The notes: generated by a model from the letters alone, not told the origin. Positions 1 through 8,130 are shown, counted from the first letter of the stretch. The stretch: 58,871 nt of DNA from Pseudobdellovibrionaceae bacterium (GCA_019637895.1 JAHBUU010000001.1:1-58871), one strand, 5' to 3'. A program made the numbers and translations.

Positions 1-347
1 GTAAAGACGGCGTCATGGCCTTCGAACCCGGTTTCGTCAATGCCCAGCCGGGAGATACCGTCGTTTTCATCCCGACCGATCGGGCCCACAACTCCACTTC
101 CCATCTCGTCCCGGACGGAGCGAAACCTTGGAAAGGGAAGATGGATGAAAAGCTCACCGTCAAACTCGACAAAGAAGGCGTCTACATCTTCAAATGCGAT
201 CCGCACCTTCCCATGGGCATGGTCGGAGTCATCCAAGTCGGAAAAGCCGTCAACCTCGCTGCGGCCAAAGAAAAAGCGGATGCTCTGTCGAAAACCTTCG
301 CGATGAACAAAGACCGACTCTCGAAATACATCGGGCAGGTCAAATGA
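1..347 (+). CDS. pseudoazurin (type-1 blue copper protein), 5' end cut by window edge
   Basis: The frame is open from nt 3 (KDGV precedes the M at 15). 'FEPGFVNAQPGDTVVFIPTDRAHN' plus the copper-ligand loop 'KCDPHLPMGM' (Cys-x2-His-x4-Met) match pseudoazurins. Stop TGA at 345-347. Confidence 0.85.
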   Translation, partial: KDGVMAFEPGFVNAQPGDTVVFIPTDRAHNSTSHLVPDGAKPWKGKMDEKLTVKLDKEGVYIFKCDPHLPMGMVGVIQVGKAVNLAAAKEKADALSKTFAMNKDRLSKYIGQVK

Positions 348-514
348 GCCAACAGAAGCACGAGGAATCCTCCGAGGAGAACCTCCCCTCCTTTCAAAAA
401 CTCTATGACCGGCCTTTCCTGTGGCTCACATTGGGGATGATCGTGATGGTCGTCTTCTATACCGCCTGGGGAATCTTCGAAATGACGAATCTCACCAAGG
501 CGCCTCTTCCGTAG
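344..514 (+). CDS. small single-TM protein (56 aa), possible oxidase subunit IIa-like accessory subunit
   Basis: The ATG at 344 overlaps the pseudoazurin stop (ATGA). It has one hydrophobic helix, 'PFLWLTLGMIVMVVFYTAWGIF'. It sits directly before subunits II and I, like cbaD in Thermus cbaDBA. There is no sequence similarity I can vouch for. Confidence 0.45.
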   Translation: MSQQKHEESSEENLPSFQKLYDRPFLWLTLGMIVMVVFYTAWGIFEMTNLTKAPLP

Positions 515-529
515 GCCTCAGACTGGAGA

Positions 530-1087
530 ATGACGATGTCAGAAACAGAAAGCATGCATTCCGGGATTGTCCCCCCACAGGGCGTCTGGTGGAAAAACGT
601 CCCTCCCCAAGAGAAAGTCTGGATCACCATCGCCTTCGTGTGGTGCATGATCCTGTTCGCGATGATGCCGGTTTGGCACATTCGCGGCGGACAGAATCCC
701 TCGGGGATCCGTCACAAAGTGGACCCGGCGGCCTTTTTGGAAAGAACCGAACGCTTCGTCGAAGAGTACAAGATCGGCGAGGAATCGGGGATCCCGGTGG
801 TCGAGCCACCGCCCGGCTCTCATGTGTATCTCGTCGGCCGAATGTGGCAGTGGTACCCCGTCCTGAAACTGAAGAAAGGTGTCGAGTACACACTTCATCT
901 GTCGTCCATCGACGTCAACCACGGTTTCGCCCTGTTCCCGGTCAATATCAACTTCCAGGTCATTCCCGGTTACGACTACGGCTTAAAGATCACGCCGAAT
1001 CAATCAGGGGATTTCCGAATCATCTGTAACGAGTTTTGTGGAATCGGCCATCACATGATGGTCGGCAAGGTTCTCGTCGTCGACTGA
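530..1087 (+). CDS. heme-copper oxidase subunit II (CuA, ba3/B-family-like, single TM)
   Basis: CuA motif 'DVNHGF...ICNEFCGIGHHMM' (H...CxExCGxxHxxM). One N-terminal TM helix. The short ~185-aa architecture resembles Thermus ba3 subunit II, and 'QEKVW' resembles the ba3 'YEKGW' K-channel entry Glu. Confidence 0.9.
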   Translation: MTMSETESMHSGIVPPQGVWWKNVPPQEKVWITIAFVWCMILFAMMPVWHIRGGQNPSGIRHKVDPAAFLERTERFVEEYKIGEESGIPVVEPPPGSHVYLVGRMWQWYPVLKLKKGVEYTLHLSSIDVNHGFALFPVNINFQVIPGYDYGLKITPNQSGDFRIICNEFCGIGHHMMVGKVLVVD

Positions 1088-1103
1088 CATGAAGGAGCAG
1101 CGA

Positions 1104-2834
1104 ATGAGTGGCGCGATTGAAAGACTAAGTTCCCGGTTCAGAACCTGTGCCGTCACTGGACTGAAGGTCAATAAAGATTCTGAAAACCTGATCAAGGCCA
1201 ATGCGGTGATCGCCATCGTCTGCCTGCTGATCGGAGTCACGGCGGCCTTCGGGCTCGTTCTGACCCGATGGCAGACGGTGCACCTCTTACCCGCCGAGAT
1301 GTACTACCGGTTCCTGACTCTCCATGGAATGAACATGCTGATCTTTTTCATCATCTTCTTCGAAATGGCGATCCTGTACTTTGCAGGACCGGTGCTGCTG
1401 AATGCCCGGCAACCAACACCGAAACTGGGCTGGGCCGCCTTCGGATTGATGGTCATCGGGATGATCATGGTGAACGTCATGATCCTGATGGGAAAAGCCG
1501 ACGTGCTCTTCACGTCCTACCCTCCTCTGCAGGCGCATCCTTTGTACTATCTGGGCGTCATCCTGTTCGCCGTCGGTGCCTTGCTGGCAACTTCACTTTT
1601 CTTTGCGGCCCTTGTGGTCGCGAAGCGCGAAAAAACCTATAAAGGCAGCGTCCCCTTGGTGACCTTCGGAGCTACCACGGCGGCCATCATTGCCGTCATC
1701 ACTCTAGTTCATGGAGCCGCGACCTATATCCCGGCACTTCTGTGGTCCATGAACCTGATCGAGCTCGATGCTCAGCTTTATCGGCTTTTGTTCTGGGCCT
1801 TGGGACACTCCTCACAGCAGATCAACGTCGCCGCGATGGTGTCCGTCTGGTATCTGTTGGGTGGCCTCACTGTCGGCGCGGTGGTTCTGAACGAAAAAGT
1901 CAGCCGGACCGCCTTTGTCCTTTATATCCTGTTCATTTCCATGGCTTCGGCTCACCATCTTTTAGTCGATCCTGGTTTTGGTTCCGCTTGGAAAATCTGG
2001 AACACCAGCTATGCGATGTATCTGGCGGTTCTGGCCAGTATGGTTCATGGATTCACCGTTCCCGCCGGTCTTGAGATCGGTCAGCGACTGCGCGGTTTCA
2101 ATGCTGGAAAATTCGAATGGCTTCGCAAAGCTCCTTGGGGCGATCCTGGCTTCTCGGGCATGGTCCTGTCCGTGGTGATCTTCGGATTCCTCGGAGGAAT
2201 CACCGGCGTCGTCATCGGAACCGAGCAGATCAATATCATCGTTCACAATACGATGAGACTCCCCGGTCACTTCCATGCCACCGTCGCGGGCGGAACCGCT
2301 CTCGCCTTCATGGCCGTGACTTACTATGTCTTGCCTTTGATCTTCCAAAAACGAATTGCCTTCTGGAAGCTCGCAAAACTTCAGCCTTGGATTTTCGGTG
2401 GCGGCATGAGCTTGATGTGCATGTCCATGATCTACATGGGGATCTTTGGTGTTCCCCGTCGTCACTGGGACTCCTCTTTCTCGAACGCCCCTTTCTCGGT
2501 GGAATTCCATCCGGCGGTTTGGATCTCGCAAGCCTCCATGGGAGTGGGTGGTCTATTGGCCGCCAGTGGCGCTCTCTTGTTCGTGATCATCGCGGTCGTC
2601 ACGGTCTTCTTTGGGAAACCGCTCACCGAACAGGCGATCCGCGAAGGCGCCAGTGGGATTCCTCAAGGCGTGCTGAAACTTCCGGCCCAACTGCACGAAG
2701 GAGAAAAGGTCGTTGCCGTTCACAAAAAGGGCGCACCGGGAACGATGGTTTTGATCATGATCTTCTTTGCCTGCTTCGTTCTTTACTACTTCGTGAACTG
2801 GAAAATCCTCTCCTTCCTGTGGAAAGTGGGATGA
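1104..2834 (+). CDS. heme-copper oxidase subunit I, B-family (ba3-like) but lacking the cross-linked Tyr; candidate NO reductase-type HCO
   Basis: Heme and CuB ligands are present: 'LTLHGMN' (helix II His), 'GHSSQQ' (codons 1806-1820), 'SAHHLLVDPG' (1953-1958) and 'VHNTMRLPGHFHATV' (2268-2276). By eye it aligns along its whole length with Thermus ba3 CbaA. The ATG at 1104 has SD AAGGAG 6 nt upstream. An alternative in-frame ATG lies at 1089. Confidence 0.9.
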   Translation: MSGAIERLSSRFRTCAVTGLKVNKDSENLIKANAVIAIVCLLIGVTAAFGLVLTRWQTVHLLPAEMYYRFLTLHGMNMLIFFIIFFEMAILYFAGPVLLNARQPTPKLGWAAFGLMVIGMIMVNVMILMGKADVLFTSYPPLQAHPLYYLGVILFAVGALLATSLFFAALVVAKREKTYKGSVPLVTFGATTAAIIAVITLVHGAATYIPALLWSMNLIELDAQLYRLLFWALGHSSQQINVAAMVSVWYLLGGLTVGAVVLNEKVSRTAFVLYILFISMASAHHLLVDPGFGSAWKIWNTSYAMYLAVLASMVHGFTVPAGLEIGQRLRGFNAGKFEWLRKAPWGDPGFSGMVLSVVIFGFLGGITGVVIGTEQINIIVHNTMRLPGHFHATVAGGTALAFMAVTYYVLPLIFQKRIAFWKLAKLQPWIFGGGMSLMCMSMIYMGIFGVPRRHWDSSFSNAPFSVEFHPAVWISQASMGVGGLLAASGALLFVIIAVVTVFFGKPLTEQAIREGASGIPQGVLKLPAQLHEGEKVVAVHKKGAPGTMVLIMIFFACFVLYYFVNWKILSFLWKVG

Positions 2835-2835
2835 C

Positions 2836-3753
2836 GTGAAACTGTCAAAAGGGGCTCCCTATCTGATGATGATGGTCTGGATCCTGGGGACCCTTTTGTG
2901 GTGGGGGCTCGCTTTTTACCCGACGGGGGAACAAACTCCCGAATGGCTGAGTGTCGCGAGGAACGTCTGCTTCGGAGCGATGGATGGGGGCCTGCCCGAT
3001 CCGGCGGGATGGATCGTCCTGACTTTGGGTCCACTGTCTTTTCTGATTGTGGGTCTCGTGGCCTGGCCGAAAGAACTCGGAAAGGCGCTGCGAGGAACCT
3101 GGTCCTCAGGCCTTGGAAAAGTCCTTGCCGTGGTCCTTCTTTTTTCCATCGGAGTCGAGGCCCACTGGGTCCGCAGCAAACTCGCGACAGCCGCTCTCTA
3201 TGAAAATTTCAGCTACAAGAACTCTTCGTCGGAGGACCTGCCCATCGGCTATCCTCGCACGGATCGACCAGCTCCGGATTTCACTCTGGTGGATCAGAGC
3301 GGTTCCGCGTTCCGACTGGCTGAGCACTCGAAAGAGACGATCCTGTTGACCTTTGCCTTTGCCCATTGTGATTCCGTCTGCCCCGTCCTCGTTCGTCAGG
3401 TGTTGGATGTCGCAGAAAGCTTCAAAGGCGGCGTTCGCGTTGTCGTCCTGACTCTGGATCCTTGGCGGGATACTCCGAAATCCCTGCCCTATCTGGCGCA
3501 AGAGTGGGAGTTCCCGGCAAAGGCCCATCTTCTGTCAGGGCCGGTGGCGGATGTGACCGACGTTCTGAAAAATTATCAGGTGTCTTCTCAGCGCAACGAG
3601 AAGACCGGCGACATCATTCATCCGGCTCTGGTCTATGTGATCGCGCCGGGCGGACGAATCGCTTACACCTTTAACAATGCGCCGGACCAGTGGCTGCGTC
3701 AGGCGATCGAACGGATTGCAAACGATGGTCGCACTCATTCGGCATCTCGATAG
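2836..3753 (+). CDS. SCO1/SenC-family copper chaperone with N-terminal multi-TM extension
   Basis: Thioredoxin-fold Cu motif 'FAHCDSVCP' (CxxxCP) and the distal His in 'DIIHPALVYVI'. About 3 predicted TM helices precede the domain. GTG start 1 nt after the subunit I stop. Confidence 0.85.
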   Translation: MKLSKGAPYLMMMVWILGTLLWWGLAFYPTGEQTPEWLSVARNVCFGAMDGGLPDPAGWIVLTLGPLSFLIVGLVAWPKELGKALRGTWSSGLGKVLAVVLLFSIGVEAHWVRSKLATAALYENFSYKNSSSEDLPIGYPRTDRPAPDFTLVDQSGSAFRLAEHSKETILLTFAFAHCDSVCPVLVRQVLDVAESFKGGVRVVVLTLDPWRDTPKSLPYLAQEWEFPAKAHLLSGPVADVTDVLKNYQVSSQRNEKTGDIIHPALVYVIAPGGRIAYTFNNAPDQWLRQAIERIANDGRTHSASR

Positions 3754-5704
3754 GTTCTTCAACCGCCTTTTTTCATCCCGTTACAACCCGATCCATGCTT
3801 CGGGAACCGTCGCTCTGGGACTTTTTTTTATTGTCCTGATCACCGGTCTTTATCTGAGCTTTTTTTATCGGCTCGGTGAACCCTACGAATCCGTCGCAGC
3901 CCTGAATGCCGATCTTTTTTTTGGCTCCTGGATCCGGGCGGTGCATCGTTATGCTTCGGACCTCATGGCGATCTCTGTCGTCTTTCACATCCTCCGAATG
4001 GTCGCCCAAGGAAAAACTTGGGGTCCAAGAACTCTGGCCTGGGTCACTGGCGTTGGCCTTGTGGGCCTGATGCTGATTTCCGCCTGGACCGGCTATGTGA
4101 TGGTTTGGGATGTCCAAGGACAGGCTCTCGCCATCGCCGGAGCCCGAATCATGGATTCCCTGGGGCTCTTTCCCGACCCCATCATGCGTTCCTTCAGCGG
4201 CGCCGAGAATGCCGCAGCCTCTTTCTTTTTCCTGAATCTCTTTCTGCATGTCGCGATTCCTCTGGGGATGGTGTTCGGCGTCTGGGCTCACACCTCGCGA
4301 ATCGCCAGAGCTGACTGGCTTCCGAGTCGTGCCTTCATGGGGGGACTCAGCGCTTTGCTGATTCTCGTCTCTGTTGTCTGGCCCGCTCCGCTGGGGCAAA
4401 AGGCGGATCTTCTGCTCCGGGTCTCTGAGTATCCGAAAGACTGGATTTTCAATTTTTGGATGCCTTGGACAGAGAGTTCCCCTTTGGCGGTCTTTGCATT
4501 TTTTATTTTGGGTGGACTCGTGCTCGCTGCGGCTCCCTGGTATCTGAAACCCCGGGAAAAACGGAAACCTTCGTTCAATGATCCGAATATCTGCATGGGC
4601 TGTTCCCAATGTGTGCAGGACTGTCCCTATGAAGCCATTCAAATGGTGTCCATGGACGTTCGCTCAAAAATGAAAGAAGTCGCTCTGGTCAATCCCGATC
4701 TCTGTGTCAGTTGCGGACTTTGTGCGGCCTCTTGTGAACCGATGACGATCGGACCCGAGGGACGCAAAGGAGGCCATCAAGTGCGGGCCGCCAAGGCCTT
4801 TATGGCTTCTCTCAATGGAAACCTTGCCGGACAAACCTTGATCGTGGGCTGCCGAAACCAAAGTGGCGTTCTCAAATACCTGAACAACAGTTGTCGAACG
4901 ACGGCGGGCTATCAACTGTACCCGGTCGACTGCCCGGGCACACTTCATAGCGTCGTTTACGGCTTGCTGGCTCAGAAATTTTCAAGAGTGGTCATCGCCT
5001 CCTGCCCCGAGCGAATCTGCGTGAACAAGGATGGCTCCATGCTGCTCAACGAAAGGCTCAGCGGAAAACGAGAACCCACTCTGCCCGAAAGCTCTCTTCA
5101 GAAAAAGATCCATGTCTTTCCGGTGGGAGAGGGCGAAGAATCCGCCTTCTTCCGCAATATCAGCAGTGGTCGCGAACTTCCCGTCGCTCGCAAAGGACTT
5201 CGATCCATTCCAGCCTCGGCGATTGTCGCGGGCCTCGGGATTGTTCTGATCGCGGCCGTTCTCACTCGTTCGCCATCGCCCGCCATTTCCGACAAAGGAC
5301 TGCTGCGTCTCAATATCCGGCTCGTCGGTCAGACTGAAAAAACCTGCCGCCCCCCCTCCGCCGAAGAGACCGCAAAGCTCCCTCTGCATATGAGAGCCGC
5401 CGAGATTTGCAGCTATCGTTCTCTCAGCTACCGCATGAAGCTCAACATCGATGGCAAGGAGATCCTTGATGAACCCGTCCATCCAGGGGGGCTCAAACGC
5501 GACCGACCTCTTTATGTCAGTCGAGACATCGAAGTCGACAGCGGAACCCACCGGATCGAATTTTCGATGGAGCCGCTGGAGGCCAGCGCCCAAACCCTGA
5601 GCCTGGCTCTGCAGAAAAACGTTGAATTTCGACCAGGACAAATCGCTCTGATTCGCTACTCGCCCGATGAAAAGAACGCCGTTCTCAAGGAGAAAGCACC
5701 ATGA
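3725..5704 (+). CDS. fusion protein: di-heme cytochrome b (bc1/b6 N-terminal type) + 2x[4Fe-4S] ferredoxin + MvhD/FlpD-like domain + TM + C-terminal beta-rich domain
   Basis: Two His pairs are each spaced by 13 intervening residues: 'AVHRY..VVFHIL' and 'LFLHVA..VWAHTS'. Ferredoxin motifs 'CMGCSQCVQDCP' and 'CVSCGLCAASCEP'. MvhD-like pattern 'LIVGCRN...VDCPG...VVIASCPERICVNKDG'. A late TM helix 'AIVAGLGIVLIAAVL' is followed by ~150 aa. The start is uncertain (ATG 3725, or an upstream start at 3677). Confidence 0.8.
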   Translation: MVALIRHLDRFFNRLFSSRYNPIHASGTVALGLFFIVLITGLYLSFFYRLGEPYESVAALNADLFFGSWIRAVHRYASDLMAISVVFHILRMVAQGKTWGPRTLAWVTGVGLVGLMLISAWTGYVMVWDVQGQALAIAGARIMDSLGLFPDPIMRSFSGAENAAASFFFLNLFLHVAIPLGMVFGVWAHTSRIARADWLPSRAFMGGLSALLILVSVVWPAPLGQKADLLLRVSEYPKDWIFNFWMPWTESSPLAVFAFFILGGLVLAAAPWYLKPREKRKPSFNDPNICMGCSQCVQDCPYEAIQMVSMDVRSKMKEVALVNPDLCVSCGLCAASCEPMTIGPEGRKGGHQVRAAKAFMASLNGNLAGQTLIVGCRNQSGVLKYLNNSCRTTAGYQLYPVDCPGTLHSVVYGLLAQKFSRVVIASCPERICVNKDGSMLLNERLSGKREPTLPESSLQKKIHVFPVGEGEESAFFRNISSGRELPVARKGLRSIPASAIVAGLGIVLIAAVLTRSPSPAISDKGLLRLNIRLVGQTEKTCRPPSAEETAKLPLHMRAAEICSYRSLSYRMKLNIDGKEILDEPVHPGGLKRDRPLYVSRDIEVDSGTHRIEFSMEPLEASAQTLSLALQKNVEFRPGQIALIRYSPDEKNAVLKEKAP

Positions 5705-7041
5705 ATGGATCTCTCGCAAAGGCATGGGTTTCTCTGGGAGTGGTCGCTCTTCTCGCCAGCGGCTTGCTCGCGATCCTCGTCACCGGTGCCAAGATGCCGG
5801 GGGTGAAACATCTGGCGGACGTCGAGTTCATCCGGTGGTGCCTCGTGGTTCATGTTAACCTCGCGACACTGGTCTGGTTCACGGCCCTTCCCGTGGGTTT
5901 GCTGCATCTGTCAACGAAAGTGCGGGGTACCTTCAGCACACAGCTTTCCTGGGCAGGATTCCTGCTGGCACTGATCGGTATGCTGCTCTTGTTCAGCGTT
6001 CCCCCTCAAGAGGGTGTCCGCCCCATTCTGTCTAACTACATTCCTGTTCTCAGTCACCCCCGTTACTCCATCGGGATCGCCGTCTATCTGGCGGGCATTG
6101 CTCTTGGCCTGCTGTCTCCGAAGTTTTTTGTCGACTCTTTTTCCATCGCGAAAAGATGGCCAGGCCTGCTGGAAATTCGCTTTGGCCTTTTTGTCGGTTC
6201 AACCTTTATCGGCCTGGCCATTGTCACCCTGGCTCTTGCTTTCAAGGATCTCGCTTCGGTTCCATTGATTTCGGAGTTTCGTTTTTTTGAACTGGGAATG
6301 TGGGGAGGTGGGCACTTGATTCAGCACGCCTCGGCTGTTTTCACGGTCTGCGCCTGGGTGCTTTTTTTGTCACGACGAGTGGACCAACCGATTCTTTCTC
6401 GCTCTGAACTCTTTGTGGTCTTTGGGTGGATCGGCCTGCCGATCTTTTTTGTCCCCGTCATTCTGTTCTTCGATGTCACGGGTGGCGATTACAGACAGGG
6501 CTTTACCTGGCTGATGCAGTGGGGAATCGCACCACCGATTGTCTTTTTTCTCGGCCGAGCCCTTTGGCGCCTTTCTCCGCGTCTGTCCGACTTGAAAAAT
6601 CACGAGATCGTTGCTTTTTTTCTAAGTGCCTCACTTTTGCTGATGGGTTTCGTCTTCGGAGCTTTCATCCGCGGACCCGATATGCGGGTTCCGGGTCACT
6701 ATCATGCCAGCATCGGCGCCGTGACTCTTGCTTTTATGGCCCTGGGATATCTCCTGCTAGCCGACCGAGCAGAGAGCCGCTGGATGCTGAAGTCCATGTG
6801 GTTCTACGGTGTCGGCCAAGCGGTTTTTGCAGGGGGAATGTTCCTGGCTGGTTCCTTCGGAATGCCACGGAAAACCTATGGGGCTGAACACGTCTTCACG
6901 CATTGGGGACAGGGTCTCGGTGTCGCCGTGATGGCCATCGGTGGGATGGGTGCTCTCATCGGTGGAATCCTTTTTGCGGTGGCGATCATTCCTCGCTTGA
7001 AATCGACGGCGCCTCTGGCCGGGAAGGTGGCTCATGTCTAA
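5701..7041 (+). CDS. divergent, shortened heme-copper-oxidase subunit I paralog (446 aa) lacking the helix-VII His-His CuB ligands
   Basis: It retains 'LVVHVNLATLVWF' (helix II His, codon 5851), 'VPGHYHASIGAVTLAF' (HxH, 6697-6705) and 'MPRKTYG'. Helix VI reads 'WGGGHLIQH' (His 6313, His 6325). No HH motif is found where ba3 has 'GFHHQFADPG'. The ATG overlaps the upstream stop (ATGA). Confidence 0.7.
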   Translation: MNGSLAKAWVSLGVVALLASGLLAILVTGAKMPGVKHLADVEFIRWCLVVHVNLATLVWFTALPVGLLHLSTKVRGTFSTQLSWAGFLLALIGMLLLFSVPPQEGVRPILSNYIPVLSHPRYSIGIAVYLAGIALGLLSPKFFVDSFSIAKRWPGLLEIRFGLFVGSTFIGLAIVTLALAFKDLASVPLISEFRFFELGMWGGGHLIQHASAVFTVCAWVLFLSRRVDQPILSRSELFVVFGWIGLPIFFVPVILFFDVTGGDYRQGFTWLMQWGIAPPIVFFLGRALWRLSPRLSDLKNHEIVAFFLSASLLLMGFVFGAFIRGPDMRVPGHYHASIGAVTLAFMALGYLLLADRAESRWMLKSMWFYGVGQAVFAGGMFLAGSFGMPRKTYGAEHVFTHWGQGLGVAVMAIGGMGALIGGILFAVAIIPRLKSTAPLAGKVAHV

Positions 7042-8029
7042 GTCTAAAAAACTGCTGTGGTTGCTGAGTCTGCTCATCATGCTTTTTTCCATGGTCGCTG
7101 TGGGCGGCATCACCCGACTGACAAAGTCCGGTCTGTCGATCACCGAATGGCGACCGGTCACAGGCACGCTGCCACCCCTGTCGGAAGAAGCCTGGCAAAA
7201 AGAGTTCGATCTTTATCGCAGCTCGCCCGAATTTGAGCACCACAACAATCATTTCGAACTCGAAGATTACAAAGGCATTTTCTGGTGGGAATATCTTCAC
7301 CGCCTGTTGGGACGGGTGATCTTTTTCACCGCGACGGTCATGGGCTTTGTCTTTTGGCGGAAGAAAGAATTCTCGGGCAAACGCGCTCTGCTTTTGCCGG
7401 CCTTGATCGCCTTTCAAGGGCTGATTGGCTGGCTGATGGTCAAGACGGGGCTCAATCACCGCCCCTCTGTCAGCCATTATATGCTCGCGGTTCATTTTCT
7501 ACTGGCTCTGCTCACCATGAGCGTCGTCTATCATTCCCTTGCAAAGATGAAACAGCCTCTGGTTGTGAAGCTTTCAACGAAGGGCCGTTTCTTGATCGGT
7601 TTGCTGGGAGGCTTGATCCTGCTGCAGATCCTTTATGGCTGCTTCACCGGAGGCCTGAGAGCGGGGCTTTACTTCAATACGTTTCCTTTGATGGATGGCC
7701 GCGTGCTCCCTCCTCAAGGCTGGGATCTGGTTCCCGGCTTTCGAAATCTTTTTGAAAACCCCATCACCGTGCAGTGGATCCATCGATGGTTGGGCATTGG
7801 CCTTGCCGTCATTCTTCCCCTTGTGAGCTTTCATCTGCTCCGGTGCGAAAGCCCAGCGTTCAAAAGACCGATCCTGCATTTGGTGAGTGTCGTCGTCATC
7901 CAAGTCCTCTTGGGAATCTCGACCTTGCTCTTTCTGGTCCCGGTGCCCCTCGCCGTCTTTCACCAAGCGATGGCCGCCCTGATCTGGCTGGGCTATTGCA
8001 ATCTGATCTTCCGAATCAAGACCCCCTAG
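7034..8029 (+). CDS. ctaA: heme A synthase (COX15/CtaA family)
   Basis: 'VGGITRLTKSGLSITEWRPVTG' is the typical COX15/CtaA N-terminal signature. It is a multi-TM protein with conserved His residues ('YLHRLLGR', 'HFLLAL', 'IHRWLG', 'FHQAMA'). It overlaps the upstream gene by 8 nt. Confidence 0.85.
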   Translation: MSKSKKLLWLLSLLIMLFSMVAVGGITRLTKSGLSITEWRPVTGTLPPLSEEAWQKEFDLYRSSPEFEHHNNHFELEDYKGIFWWEYLHRLLGRVIFFTATVMGFVFWRKKEFSGKRALLLPALIAFQGLIGWLMVKTGLNHRPSVSHYMLAVHFLLALLTMSVVYHSLAKMKQPLVVKLSTKGRFLIGLLGGLILLQILYGCFTGGLRAGLYFNTFPLMDGRVLPPQGWDLVPGFRNLFENPITVQWIHRWLGIGLAVILPLVSFHLLRCESPAFKRPILHLVSVVVIQVLLGISTLLFLVPVPLAVFHQAMAALIWLGYCNLIFRIKTP

Positions 8030-8130
8030 CCCGACGCTTCTTAAAGCCGGGTTAAAGCCCATAGAGAGGGGAAAAATTCACAGTTCATTCCCCTAATGAC
8101 CAAATCGTCAAATTCGTATAGACTTTCCCT

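Noticed and set aside
3773-4642. 289-aa - strand ORF inside the cytochrome b fusion gene
   Set aside because: It is antisense to the region with the correctly spaced bis-His heme motifs and has no motifs of its own.
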